Shown: positions 1 through 13,175, numbered from the stretch's first letter. The stretch: 64,000 nucleotides of DNA from Ostrea edulis (GCF_947568905.1 NC_079169.1:80662001-80726000); one strand, 5' to 3'. Notes: generated from the letters alone by a model not told the origin. A program made the numbers and translations.

Positions 1-540
1 GTTTGTTCAAATGAAGGGCCATGTCCCTTTCAAAGGGGAGATAATCACAAAAATGCAAAAATAGGGTGGGGTCATTTAAAAATCTTCTTCTCAAGAACCA
101 CTGGGCCAGAAGAGCTGAAATTTACCTGAAAGCTTCCTGACATATTGCAGATTCAAGTTTGTTCAAATCATGGCCCCCGGTGGTAGGATGGGGCCACAAG
201 GGGGGATCAAAGTTTTACATACAAATATATAGGGAAAAATTTTAAAAATCTTCTTCTCAAGAACCACTAAGCCAGAAAAGCTGAAATTTACATGAAAGCT
301 TCCTGACATAATGCAGATTCAAGTTTGTTCAAATCATGGGCCCCTGGGGTTGGATGGGGCCACAATAGGGGATCAAAGTTTTACATACAAATATATAGGA
401 AAAATCTTTAAAAATCTTCTTCTCAAGAACCACTAAGCCAGAAAAGCTGATTTTTACATGAAAACTTTCTGACATAGTGCAGATTCAAATTTGTTCAAAT
501 CATGGCCCCCGGGGATAGGATGGGGCCCCAAGGGGGGGAT
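1..540 (+). mobile_element. Non-autonomous Helentron (HINE) internal array of 166-bp Cg170/HindIII-type satellite units; starts before the window, 3' end replaced by a minisatellite
   Basis: GTTCAAATCA anchors at 161, 327 and 493 give an exact 166-bp period. AAGCTT (HindIII) sites occur in the units. Nearly identical to 23011-23550 inside the complete element at 22847-24266. Confidence 0.85.
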
Positions 541-2802
541 CAGTATGTGTTGATTAGTATATCCTATTGGTGGTGGTGGTGGGAGACAGTGTGTGTTGAT
601 TATTATATCCTATTGGTGGTGGTGGTGGTGGGAGACAGTGTGTGTTGATTAGTATATCCTATTGGTGGTGGTGGTGGTGGTGGTGGTGGGAGACAGTATG
701 TGTTGATTAGTATATCCTATTGGTGGTGGTGGTGGTGGGAGACAGTGTGTGTTGATTATTATATCCTATTGGTGGTGGTGGTGGTGGGAGACAGTGTGTG
801 TTGATTAGTATATAATATTGGTGGTGGTGGTGGTGGGAGACAGTGTGTGTTGATTAGTATATCCTATTGGTGGTGGTGGTGGTGGGAGACAGTATGTGTT
901 GATTATTATATCCTATTGGTGGTGGTGGTGGGAGACAGTGTGTGTTGATTAGTATATCCTATTGGTGGTGGTGGTGGGAGACAGTGTGTGTTGATTAGTA
1001 TATCCTATTGGTGGTGGTGGTGGTGGGGACAGTATGTGCTGATTAGTATATCCTATTGGTGGTGGTGGTGGTGGGAGACAGTGTGTGCTGATTAGTATAT
1101 CCTATTGGTGGTGGTAGTGGTGGGAGACAGTGTGTGTTGATTAGTATATCCTATTGGTGGTGGTGGTGGGAGACAGTATGTGTTGATTATTATATCCTAT
1201 TGGTGGTGGTGGTGGTGGTGGTGGGAGACAGTGTGTGTTGATTAGTATATCCTATTGGTGGTGGTGGTGGTGGTGGTGGGGACAGTATGTGCTGATTAGT
1301 ATATCCTATTGGTGGTGGTGGTGGTGGGAGACAGTGTGTGCTGATTAGTATATCCTATTGGTGGTGGTAGTGGTGGGAGACAGTGTGTGTTGATTAGTAT
1401 ATCCTATTGGTGGTGGTGGTGGGAGACAGTATGTGTTGATTATTATATCCTATTGGTGGTGGTGGTGGTGGTGGTGGTGGGAGACAGTGTGTGTTGATTA
1501 GTATATCCTATTGGTGGTGGTGGTGGGAGACAGTATGTGTTGATTATTATATCCTATTGGTGGTGGTGGTGGTGGTGGTGGGGACAGTATGTGTTGATTA
1601 TTATATCCTATTGGTGGTGGTGGTGGTGGTGGTGGGAGACAGTATGTGTTGATTAGTATATCCTATTGGTGGTGGTGGTGGTGGTGGTGGGAGACAGTGT
1701 GTGCTGATTAGTATATCCTATTGGTGGTGGTGGGAGACAGTGTGTGTTGATTAGTATATCCTATTGGTGGTGGTGGTGGTGGAGGGAGGCAGTATGTGTT
1801 GATTATTATATCCTATTGGTGGTGGGAGACAGTATGTGTTGATTATTATATCCTATTGGTGGTGGTGGGAGACAGTGTGTGTTGATTAGTATATCCTATT
1901 GGTGGTGGTGGTGGGAGACAGTGTGTGTTGATTAGTATATCCTATTGGTGGTGGTGGTGGTGGGAGACAGTGTTTGTTGATTAGTATATCCTATTGGTGG
2001 TGGTGGTGGTGGGAGACAGTGTGTGTTGATTATTATATCCTATTGGTGGTGGTGGTGGTGGTGGGAGACAGTGTGTGTTGATTAGTATATCCTATTGGTG
2101 GTGGTGGTGGTGGTGGGAGACAGTGTGTGTTGATTAGTATATCCTATTGGTGGTGGTGGTGGGAGACAGTATGTGTTGATTAGTATATCCTGTTGGTGGT
2201 GGTGGTGGTGGTGGTGGGAGAAAGTGTGTGTTGATTAGTATATCCTATTGGTGGTGGTGGTGGTGGTGGGAGACAGTATGTGTTGATTAGTATATCCTAT
2301 TGGTGGTGGTGGTGGTGGTGGTGGGAGACAGTGTGTGTTGATTAGTATATCCTATTGGTGGTGGTGGTGGTGGTGGGAGACAGTATGTGTTGGTTATTAT
2401 ATCCTATTGGTGGTGGTGGAGGGAGGCAGTATGTGTTGATTATTATATCCTATTGGTGGTGGTGGTGGGAGACAGTGTGTGTTGATTATTATATCCTATT
2501 GGTGGTGGTGGTGGTGGGAGACAGTGTGTGTTGATTATTATATCCTATTGGTGGTGGTGGTGGGAGACAGTGTGTGTTGATTAGTTTATCCTATTGGTGG
2601 TGGTGGTGGTGGGAGACAGTGTGTGTTGATTATTATATCCTATTGGTGGTGGTGGTGGTGGTGGGAGACAGTGTGTGTTGATTAGTATATCCTATTGGTG
2701 GTGGTGGTGGTGGAGGGAGGCAGTATGTGTTGATTAGTATATCCTATTGGTGGTGGGAGACACTGTATGCTGATTATTATATCCTATTGGTGGTGGTGGG
2801 AG
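541..2802. repeat. Compound minisatellite: 34-bp constant block (GGGAGACAGTGTGTGTTGATTAGTATATCCTATT) plus (GGT)n, n about 2-8; roughly 45-50 units
   Basis: Directly visible tandem array with a variable trinucleotide count per unit. Confidence 0.97.
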
Positions 2803-3812
2803 TAATTGATTGAATACATTGGCAATGTATTCATCATTGATGATGATCAGAGGCAATGTCAGCTGCTAAGTATTCACTTTTGGTGGGGATGGAACTTAAA
2901 TATTTTAGATACACCATGGATGCATTAAAAGTCTGCTTTCAAAAACACCCTGTAAATTCCATTTTTATTGCAATTTTGAATCCACAACAAGATCATTTAC
3001 TGTGTGCAGTGAAACTTCTCTAAACCGGCCAGCTCTCGGACTGAAAAAAAACGGCCGGTTTAGAGGGGTGGCCGGTATACCGAGAATTTGGCATTTAGAG
3101 GCATTTCAGCTCAATTTTTATTAGATATTTCATTGACATACCACAAACGATATAATATGGTGTTCAAGGACTATTATTTCACTATTGGAAATAAAACAAA
3201 ATAATTTACTAACACGTTTATTTTCAATTTATAGCACTAAAACTAATTAAACATGAATAAACATTTTTACATTGACATGCATAAACAATGGAAAACATTC
3301 CGTTTAAATAAAACTGCATTTGATATATGTATAGAAATTTGTAGACTAGCAGCATTTATGTAGAATTTCGGCTTATGTTTTAATAAACAAAACAGACACA
3401 TAGCCATTTGATTGCTGCAATTAATACACAGAGTAGGTACTGCTCACTTTGATATGGGGATCTATGATCAATTATCGGTGGAGATCAAACTAGTCCGCTT
3501 TGTACCTACAGGTAATTATTACAAGAAAAAGTCTTGCTGCAATCATCTAATTTTAACTAAAAATTTATAACAGGATACATAAAAATAACACAGATGTTCC
3601 TCTTACCTATAAAATCTCTGTTTACGTCCATTGCTTATATCGTTAACAAATTTGTTTTGATGTTTTTGAAAAGTACAGTAGTAAATATATAATTTTAATT
3701 TTGATGTTTCTTAGGAATTTTACGTCTATGGAAACCCTCCAAAAATCATTTATCTATTGAAAATTATCATTAACAGTCATGGGTTTGTTGTTTATTAACT
3801 ACCGCTTATATC

Positions 3813-5043
3813 TGTAGTAGGGTGAATTAATATCAATAATTTATTTTATTTTTAGTGTAAATAAAATATGTAAGTTGCAAAACATAAACTTTTATTGGAT
3901 TATATAATGGTCTTCCATATTTCTCTATTTAGATATGTAGTAATGTAATTATGACCTTAATGGCTTTCCTTATGATTAAACCATGCATGCAGTTGTTGTT
4001 CATGGTCTATTTAATTCATTTTGGTTGGCTAAGCTTAGTGTCAAAGGTTATATGTCATGGGTTTTGTGAGTTCTGTTGGATTTTTAGATAGTCAGTTGTA
4101 TTCACTAGCAGAGTGTTGAAGGGTGGTTTTCTTTGCATATCTTTTGACATCTTTTTTCTGACTTGAGGTAAGAAAATGAATCTTAACATATTAATTGGTG
4201 TGAATGTGTTAATGAATGAAAGAAATGAAATTATGTACTTTATTTCATTTCTTTCATTCATTAACACATTCACACCAATAACACTTGACCTGTCAAAATG
4301 TGTTTCAACTTTCAATGTAAACAAACACTATACACTATAATTTCTACCAAGTGCACTAGTCAGCTCTCTATGAGTATTACACTGAAATTATATACATTGA
4401 CATTTATGCAACAGCATATCAATATACTAATTAAAAGTTTGGCACAGTCCTGTCTCTGACCAAAGGCATGGATCTCCACAAGAATGCGTCAATTCACTTA
4501 AGGAAATTCGGAATGAAATGTCCTGCTTATAACTCAGGGTTGCTTCCGAATTGTGTAGTTTGAGTTTATGAAGTACAATATTGACACAACACAATCACTA
4601 TCGATGTGTCAAAAAGTAAATAAATAAGACTGGTAACTTAAAAACTATCACATGTACCTCACATCTTCGGAATCTTCATTTGTTTACAATTCTTCAATGA
4701 GAACTTCCGGTTGTACTTCCGGTGAGGCTCTTCAGGATGTGTTTCCAGTGACGAGAGGCTCAGGTGGGTTACGTCATTAAACGTTGGGCGCCATTTCTGT
4801 TACGGGGTTGCAAACCGGTTCTAATGACCACACAGACCATCCGTGACAGGTTATGAGTTTATTGAAGAAATAAATCTATTTCTGACATGTAAATAGCAGC
4901 TCTGAAACATAATTACTACATATCTAAATAGAGAAATATGGAAGACCATTATATAATCCAATAAAAGTTTATGTTTTGCAACTTACATATTTTATTTACA
5001 CTAAAAATAAAATAAATTATTGATATTAATTCACCCTACTACA
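3813..5043. mobile_element. Ginger-like non-autonomous DNA transposon (TGT...ACA ends, 132-bp perfect TIRs, 4-bp TSD TATC)
   Basis: 3813-3944 is the exact reverse complement of 4912-5043. TATC lies at 3809-3812 and 5044-5047. TG..CA termini with a 4-bp TSD are the known Ginger signature; the superfamily assignment is inference. Confidence 0.7.
4703..4780. promoter_or_regulatory. Promoter-like motif cluster (two ETS ACTTCCGG sites, CRE-like ACGTCA) inside the Ginger-like element
   Basis: ACTTCCGG at 4703-4710 and 4715-4722; TTACGTCAT near 4769-4777; locally GC/CpG-richer than the flanks. Candidate splice donors on both strands (about 4648 minus, about 4849 plus). Confidence 0.45.
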
Positions 5044-6522
5044 TATCCATGGTACAACAATATGGCATATTGATTGTATTCATTCAATATGTGCATATCT
5101 GTTTATAACATTTCCTACAGAAATTTGAAAGGGTCACTTGGATTAACCAAGCACCAATTAACACCCTGGACAGCACAGGTAAACTATAGAACTTATAGAG
5201 GCCTCTTGTGTTTTTCACACCTCCAGTTGATAATTTCCCACCTGGCCAGTAGGTCAGTCATTTTTCACACCTGGCCAGTCTTAATCACCCCTCTGGCCAA
5301 AATTTTCTAGTCTTCAAATGGTGGCCAGTATTATAAGGGTAAATTAGACTTGTTTGTTAACAATTGTATTTTAAAAAGATGTCCAGTTTTCAGGGGTGGC
5401 CGGTTTTGTGAGACTTTCTTTGTAAGGAAATGTTAAGGTTTCTGCCGGGACTTTGAAAATTGGCCGATTTTCAGGGAGAACCGGTTTTCTGAGGGGCCGG
5501 TTTGGAGAAGTTTCACTGTATTTTACATGTAAATTTTGACCATGAGATAGATATTCTGTGGATCTACTCTGGATTTTATATTTCTCTCAAATTTTTCAGA
5601 ACAAGGTCTGAGTCGTTCCCTTCTTCTTTCCACATGAAGCAGAGGTTAGATGAGAATGGTATTTTCAGCAACAGTACCAGACTGGATGAAGATTTCTTCC
5701 TGATTGATTGACTGCTGATTGGATGACCGTTGTAAGGCATCGTTAGTGCTGATGAAATAACAAAAGTTTCACAAAGCAATATAATACAAGAAAGTCATCA
5801 CATGGGTGTAAAACAGGTCAACTGGTCCATAAATGTGAATTATCAATATTTGATAAGTTGTGAAAAACATTTCTTGTACCAGGCCAGGAATATCATACAT
5901 GTTTTTGCTTCATTAACACCTTTCAAGGAATTGACTTTGTGTTCTATGACAATGTTTATTAAAGATTTATTAAACATATAAGTAAGATTTTGTACAATCC
6001 ATAATTATTAACTTACATGTACGTAAGTATTATTTGGGCAAGCAAATAGAGATCTTGAGGTTACTAAGATTAGTTTCAGATCACCCAAGAAGAAATAAAG
6101 CAGTGAATATTCCTCATCTCATTTAATATTATTGGAAAAATACTGATTTTGGAATTCCAAAATATTTTGGTAACATATTCATGATGCATGACTAAGAAAG
6201 CAAAAATACTGGAATTTCTCAATAATCATACTTAAAAAGTTCATTTTTTGTCTCATTGTGTATGTGTAATGCATGCTGATAGCATGTGCTTTGTAAAAAC
6301 TCTTGTGTTTTGCAGAGAATGCTATGATTCTAAATTCTATGTCAATGATATCTCAAAATTTTGCCTTAGCTGATGTATATTGAATGACACAGTATTCTTT
6401 TCTTTTTTTTATCTCATTTAGTGCTAACAAGTATGCTTCTGCATATTTTCTTTATTAGCAAGACTAAATGAAGCTGGTTGTCATTTAATCATTGTCATTT
6501 GTAACAACTTCTCCAGAGGGAT

Positions 6523-6851
6523 TAGTGTTAAATCTAAAGCAAATTAGCATGGTGCCGCACCATGCCCCTTTTGGCTGGTGCCATGCCCTTTTTAATTGCA
6601 CCATGCCCTTTTTTCTATGTAAATTTAAAAAAAATATTTGTTAATATAAATAATTGTTCTTTATTTCACAAGGTTGATTGAAAAGTTTAAAAATCAAGGC
6701 AGCAGTTATTAACTTTAAAAGAGTCGAAATGATTATTCTATTACTATCATAGTATGATACAATGAAAGTGCCCCAAAATTGTCTTGCCGCGACGAAAAGT
6801 GCCCTTTTGAACATATATGTGTGCCCTCTCTAGATCCTAGATTTAACACGA
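6523..6851. mobile_element. MITE (329 bp), TIR TAGTGTTAAATCTA...TAGATTTAACAC, 5-bp TSD (hAT5-like); uninterrupted copy of the family at 22779-24507
   Basis: 12-bp perfect TIR core GTGTTAAATCTA; flanks GGGAT/GAGAT; aligns along its length with 22779-22846 plus 24267-24507. Confidence 0.8.
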
Positions 6852-6964
6852 GAGATGCACACAAATCACTAGATTTGGCATTGGTGATTTTTCAGTGATT
6901 GAAAAGAGAAGTTTTGTAGTGCTCCAATATGGCTTTTAATTGCCTGAGAGAAAATAGAATTTTT

Positions 6965-7176
6965 GATGAGACCGAGGTTTCATCTCGTGGTAGGCATTGG
7001 TGCAATAAAGGACCCTCACTGTTACAGCACCAAGCATTCGTGCTACTTAACCTACAGCTGGTGACATCTCAGCATGATTGAAAAATTCTCAGAGAGCATG
7101 ATTGAAAAATTCTCAGAGAGCATGATTGAAAAATTCTCAGAGAGCATGATTGAAAAATTCTCAGAGATGTATAAAC
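6965..7176 (+). mobile_element. Diverged Deu/Nin-type SINE remnant whose 3' part is amplified as a 24-bp tandem x4 (7071-7166)
   Basis: GATGAGACCGAGG...GCAATAAAGGACCCTC...GGTGACATCTC...ATGATTGAAAAATTCTC resembles the SINE copies at 48128, 60930 and 63816. Unit AGCATGATTGAAAAATTCTCAGAG is repeated four times. Confidence 0.55.
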
Positions 7177-7839
7177 ATTAAAGAAGCTAGAAAGCAGTTA
7201 GTTTATTTTTAGGGAAGAACAGAGCATGCAGATTTACAAGTTCCATAAAACGCCAAATGTTTACTCAACAAAGAATTTGATTGTGAGCTTTCAGCTCAGT
7301 GAACAATTGAGAAATTTGAAATGATATACTAAATGGTTATGATGGAGTGGCTTGTGATGTCGACGTCCCTACATCAGGTTACTGATACAGTTACTGAAAA
7401 TTCCCATCAGTTTGATTTTATGATGCAAGGACAGTATATATGCCCTTTTTGTATTTACTTTTAGGTTAGAATACATGTAGATAACATTTTTGTAGAATAT
7501 TGTATTTTGATTTTTGTCTCGTATAATATTTTGAAATGGGTTTTGTGCAATAGTGTGTAGAATTTTTAACTATTAGAATATTATTCATTATTTAACAAGT
7601 TGTCAGAGACACTTTTCAAAATACTCAGTGTTTTGCATCTACATGAAACTGCTTGATTTTGTACATTCTTGATTTTTTAAATGGATTTTGTGCAATATCT
7701 TATAGAATTTTTAACTATTAGAATATTAATTTTAAAACAGGTTGTCAGAGTCACTCAAAATACTCAGTGTTTTACATGTAGTCGTAACATACATCGATCT
7801 ACATGAACTGTTTGGTATTGTCCATCATGCCACCTTTAA

Positions 7840-8110
7840 GGTCATAGGACACCCAAGATTTTAGACGCGTCAAATGAATTAGGATTTTGTTTATGTAGGG
7901 TTTCCTATTATTTGATCCAACAACAATGTGAATTGGTCATTTATACAATCATGAAATGCACCAATAAAATTTTTTTTTCAAAGGATTGAATTTTTTAGTG
8001 TAATGATTTTCCATTGAATTTTCAAGTAAAAATTTGTGAATAATGCATTAAATAATTGTGGCTTTGTGGGAAAATTTTGTGATAAATATTGGTTTTCAGC
8101 AATATTAAAA
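7840..8110. mobile_element. TTAA-flanked DNA transposon remnant (Kolobok-like); related sequence at about 59020-59310, largely in opposite orientation
   Basis: Begins TTAA|GGTCATAGGACACC. ATTATTTGATCCAACAACAATGTGAATTGGTC matches the reverse complement of the sequence near 59230-59260. Confidence 0.45.
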
Positions 8111-8660
8111 CATTTACAATGAATTTTACAAAATTCTATGACTATGTCCTTATTAGCCCCTACCAGTAACTACCCCCACTTCCCTATCTCGATCCATTAC
8201 TTACACTTTCTCATCAGTGGAACTCCTCATAAAGTTTTGAGAGGGAACCAAAATTTGAACTGCTTACATAGTTGGCTAGATCTTGCATCCCCTTCGGGGT
8301 TACATCAGAACAACTTTTTTGTCAGCCGCTGAAATTGCTCCTGCAGAAATTTTAACTGGATGTTCAGAAATTACAAGTTTTTCCTTTGAGGTATGCAACA
8401 CACCAAGTTGTTGTGAAAGGCTGCCATTTTAGGAAGATGTTAATTGCTTTACGGAGAGTAAAGTCCATTTTTTTTATGAGAACAAAGATCAGAATTGTCA
8501 ATTGCAGGACCTGAAAGATAATGAATAATTAATGACAATGATCTAGCCAATCTCAGCATGTATAACATCAAAAGTTGAGTGTTTTTTCTTTTTGTAATTC
8601 AGCTCTCTTATGTATGCATTTGGAGTAAAAAGCTTTTTCACATAATATTAACAGAATGTT

Positions 8661-11600
8661 GTTGGAGTTCTCTATTGTAACAGTTGGAGTTCTCTATTGT
8701 AACAGTTGGAGTTCTCTATTGTAACAGTAGGAGTTCTCTATGGTAACAGTTGGAGTTCTCTTACTATTGTAACAGTTGGAGTTCTCTATGGTAACAGTTG
8801 GAGTTGTCTATTGTAACAGTAGGAGTTCTCTATGGTAACAGTTGGAGTTGTCTATGGTAACAGTTGGAGTTGTCTATGGTAACAGATGGAGTTCTCTATT
8901 GTAACCATTGGAGTTTTCTATTGTAACAGTTGGAGTTCTCTATGGTAACAGTTGGAGTTGTCTATTGTAACAGTTGGAGTTGTCTATGGTAACAGTTGGA
9001 GTTGTCTATGGTAACAGTTGGAGTTGTCTATTGTAACAGTTGGAGTTGTCTATTGTAACCATTGGAGTTTTCTATTGTAACAGTTGGAGTTGTCTATGGT
9101 AACAGTTGGAGTTCTCTATGGTAACAGTTGGAGTTGTCTATTGTAACAGTTGGAGTTGTCTATTGTAACCATTGGAGTTTTCTATTGTAACAGTTGGAGT
9201 TCTCTATGGTAACAGTTAGAGTTCTCTATGGTAACAGTTGGAGTTCTCTATGGTAACAGTTGGAGTTGTCTATTGTAACAGTTGGAGTTCTCTATGGTAA
9301 CAGTTGGAGTTGTCTATTGTAACAGTTGGAGTTCTCTATGGTAACAGTTGGAGTTGTCTATTGTAACAGTTGGAGTTGTCTATGGTAACAGTTGGAGTTG
9401 TCTATTGTAACAGTTGGAGTTGTCTATGGTAACAGTTGGAGTTGTCTATTGTAACAGTTGGAGTTGTCTATGGTAACAGTTGGAGTTGTCTATTGTAACA
9501 GTTGGAGTTGTCTATTGTAACCATTGGAGTTTTCTATTGTAACAGTTGGAGTTGTCTATGGTAACAGTTGGAGTTCTCTATGGTAACAGTTGGAGTTCTC
9601 TATTGTAACAGTTGGAGTTGTCTATTGTAACAGTTGGAGTTCTCTATGGTAAAAGTTGGAGTTCTCTATGGTAATAGTTGGAGTTGTCTATGCATGGTAA
9701 CAGTTGGAGTTCTCTATGGTAACAGTTGGAGTTCTCTATGGTAATAGTTGGAGTTGTCTATGCATGGTAACAGTTGGAGTTGTCTATGGTAACAGTTGGA
9801 GTTGTCTATGGTAACAGTTGGAGTTGTCTATTGTAACAGTTGGAGTTGTCTATTGTAACCATTGGAGTTTTCTATGGTAACAGTTGGAGTTGTCTATGGT
9901 AACAGTTGGAGTTCTCTATGGTAACAGTTGGAGTTTTCTATGGTAACAGTTGGAGTTCTCTATGGTAACAGTTGGAGTTGTCTATGGTAACAGTTGGAGT
10001 TGTCTATGGTAACAGTTGGAGTTCTCTATGGTAACAGTTGGAGTTTTCTATTGTAACAGTTGGAGTTCTCTATGGTAACAGTTAGAGTTGTCTATTGTAA
10101 CAGTTGGAGTTCTCTATGGTAACAGTTGGAGTTGTCTATGGTAACAGTTGGAGTTGTCTATGGTAACAGTTGGAGTTCTCTATGGTAACAGTTGGAGTTT
10201 TCTATGGTAACAGTTGGAGTTGTCTATGGTAACAGTTGGAGTTGTCTATGGTAACAGTTGGAGTTGTCTATGGTAACAGTTGGAGTTGTCTATTGTAACA
10301 GTTGGAGTTGTCTATTGTAACCATTGGAGTTTTCTATTGTAACAGTTGGAGTTGTCTATTGTAACAGTAGGAGTTCTCTATTGTAACCATTGGAGTTTTC
10401 TATTGTAACAGTTGGAGTTCTCTATGGTAACAGTTGGAGTTCTCTATGGTAACAGTTGGAGTTGTCTATTGTAACAGTTGGAGTTGTCTATGGTAACAGT
10501 TGGAGTTGTCTATTGTAACAGTTGGAGTTGTCTATTGTAACCATTGGAGTTTTCTATTGTAACAGTTGGAGTTGTCTATTGTAACAGTTGGAGTTCTCTA
10601 TGGTAACAGTTGGAGTTGTCTATTGTAACAGTTGGAGTTGTCTATGGTAACCATTGGAGTTTTCTATTGTAACAGTTGGAGTTCTCTATGGTAACAGTTA
10701 GAGTTCTCTATGGTAACAGTTGGAGTTGTCTATGGTAACAGTTGGAGTTGTCTATTGTAACAGTTGGAGTTCTCTATGGTAACAGTTGGAGTTGTCTATT
10801 GTAACAGTTGGAGTTCTCTATGGTAACAGTTGGAGTTGTCTATTGTAACAGTTGGAGTTTTCTATTGTAACAGTTGGAGTTCTCTATGGTAACAGTTAGA
10901 GTTGTCTATTGTAACAGTTGGAGTTCTCTATGGTAACAGTTGGAGTTGTCTATGGTAACAGTTGGAGTTGTCTATGGTAACAGTTGGAGTTCTCTATGGT
11001 AACAGTTGGAGTTTTCTATGGTAACAGTTGGAGTTGTCTATGGTAACAGTTGGAGTTGTCTATTGTAACAGTTGGAGTTGTCTATGGTAACAGTTGGAGT
11101 TGTCTATTGTAACAGTTGGAGTTGTCTATTGTAACCATTGGAGTTTTCTATTGTAACAGTTGGAGTTGTCTATTGTAACAGTAGGAGTTCTCTATTGTAA
11201 CCATTGGAGTTTTCTATTGTAACAGTTGGAGTTCTCTATGGTAACAGTTGGAGTTCTCTATGGTAACAGTTGGAGTTGTCTATTGTAACAGTTGGAGTTG
11301 TCTATGGTAACAGTTGGAGTTGTCTATTGTAACAGTTGGAGTTGTCTATTGTAACCATTGGAGTTTTCTATTGTAACAGTTGGAGTTGTCTATTGTAACA
11401 GTTGGAGTTCTCTATGGTAACAGTTGGAGTTGTCTATTGTAACAGTTGGAGTTGTCTATGGTAACCATTGGAGTTTTCTATTGTAACAGTTGGAGTTCTC
11501 TATGGTAACAGTTAGAGTTCTCTATGGTAACAGTTGGAGTTGTCTATGGTAACAGTTGGAGTTGTCTATTGTAACAGTTGGAGTTCTCTATGGTAACAGT

Positions 11601-13175
11601 TGGAGTTGTCTATTGTAACAGTTGGAGTTCTCTATGGTAACAGTTGGAGTTGTCTATTGTAACAGTTGGAGTTGTCTATTGTAACCATTGGAGTTTTCTA
11701 TTGTAACAGTTGGAGTTCTCTATGGTAACAGTTAGAGTTCTCTATGGTAACAGTTGGAGTTGTCTATGGTAACAGTTGGAGTTGTCTATTGTAACAGTTG
11801 GAGTTCTCTATGGTAACAGTTGGAGTTGTCTATTGTAACAGTTGGAGTTCTCTATGGTAACAGTTGGAGTTGTCTATTGTAACAGTTGGAGTTGTCTATT
11901 GTAACCATTGGAGTTTTCTATTGTAACAGTTGGAGTTCTCTATGGTAACAGTTAGAGTTGTCTATTGTAACAGTTGGAGTTGTCTATGGTAACAGTTGGA
12001 GTTGTCTATGGTAACAGTTGGAGTTGTCTATGGTAACAGATGGAGTTCTCTATTGTAACCATTGGAGTTTTCTATTGTAACAGTTGGAGTTCTCTATGGT
12101 AACAGTTGGAGTTGTCTATGGTAACAGTTGGAGTTCTCTATGGTAACAGTTGGAGTTGTCTATGGTAACAGTTGGAGTTGTCTATTGTAACCATTGGAGT
12201 TTTCTATTGTAACAGTTGGAGTTCTCTATGGTAACAGTTAGAGTTCTCTATGGTAACAGTTGGAGTTGTCTATGGTAACAGTTGGAGTTGTCTATTGTAA
12301 CAGTTGGTGTTCTCTATGGTAACAGTTGGAGTTGTCTATTGTAACAGTTGGAGTTCTCTATGGTAACAGTTGGAGTTGTCTATTGTAACAGTTGGAGTTG
12401 TCTATGGTAACAGTTGGAGTTGTCTATTGTAACAGTTGGAGTTCTCTATGGTAACAGTTGGAGTTGTCTATTGTAACAGTTGGAGTTGTCTATGGTAACA
12501 GTTGGAGTTGTCTATTGTAACAGTTGGAGTTGTCTATTGTAACCATTGGAGTTTTCTATTGTAACAGTTGGAGTTGTCTATTGTAACAGTAGGAGTTCTC
12601 TATTGTAACCATTGGAGTTTTCTATTGTAACAGTTGGAGTTCTCTATGGTAACAGTTGGAGTTCTCTATGGTAACAGTTGGAGTTGTCTATTGTAACAGT
12701 TGGAGTTGTCTATGGTAACAGTTGGAGTTCTCTATGGTAACAGTTGGAGTTTTCTATTGTAACAGTTGGAGTTCTCTATGGTAACAGTTAGAGTTGTCTA
12801 TTGTAACAGTTGGAGTTCTCTATGGTAACAGTTGGAGTTGTCTATGGTAACAGTTGGAGTTGTCTATGGTAACAGTTGGAGTTCTCTATGGTAACAGTTG
12901 GAGTTTTCTATGGTAACAGTTGGAGTTCTCTATGGTAACAGTTGGAGTTGTCTATGGTAACAGTTGGAGTTGTCTATGGTAACAGTTGGAGTTCTCTATG
13001 GTAATAGTTGGAGTTGTCTATGCATGGTAACAGTTGGAGTTCTCTATGGTAACAGTTGGAGTTCTCTATGGTAATAGTTGGAGTTGTCTATGCATGGTAA
13101 CAGTTGGAGTTGTCTATGGTAACAGTTGGAGTTGTCTATGGTAACAGTTGGAGTTGTCTATGGTAACTGTTGGAG
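8661..13175. repeat. 22-bp minisatellite GTTGGAGTT(C/G/T)TCTAT(G/T)GTAACA, about 205 units, with multi-unit block duplications
   Basis: Directly visible array. Rare variant units recur at distances that are exact multiples of 22 bp. The six-frame track shows no ORF in the array. Confidence 0.98.

Larger units (their letters stand above)
3007..5518. mobile_element. Tc1/mariner (pogo-like) non-autonomous TIR element, interrupted by a nested insertion
   Basis: Left end CAGTGAAACTTCTCTAAACCGGCC matches the reverse complement of the right end GGCCGGTTTGGAGAAGTTTCACTG at 23/24. TA follows the right end (5519-20); the left flank is TG, a probably mutated TA. Subterminal CCGG-rich repeats at both ends. 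Confidence 0.75.

Noticed and set aside
541-2802. Pro/Thr/His- or Gly-rich protein encoded by the (GGT)n minisatellite
   Set aside because: The 34-bp constant block shifts frame every unit and introduces stops; no long ORF.
5576-5779. Minus-strand terminal exon after the acceptor-like TTTTGTTATTTCATCAG
   Set aside because: Two frames are open, neither is recognisable, and no upstream partner exon could be linked.
8661-13175. CRISPR-like or coding interpretation of the 22-bp array
   Set aside because: Units are head-to-tail with no unique spacers, no cas genes are present, the context is eukaryotic, and the six-frame track shows no ORF in the array.
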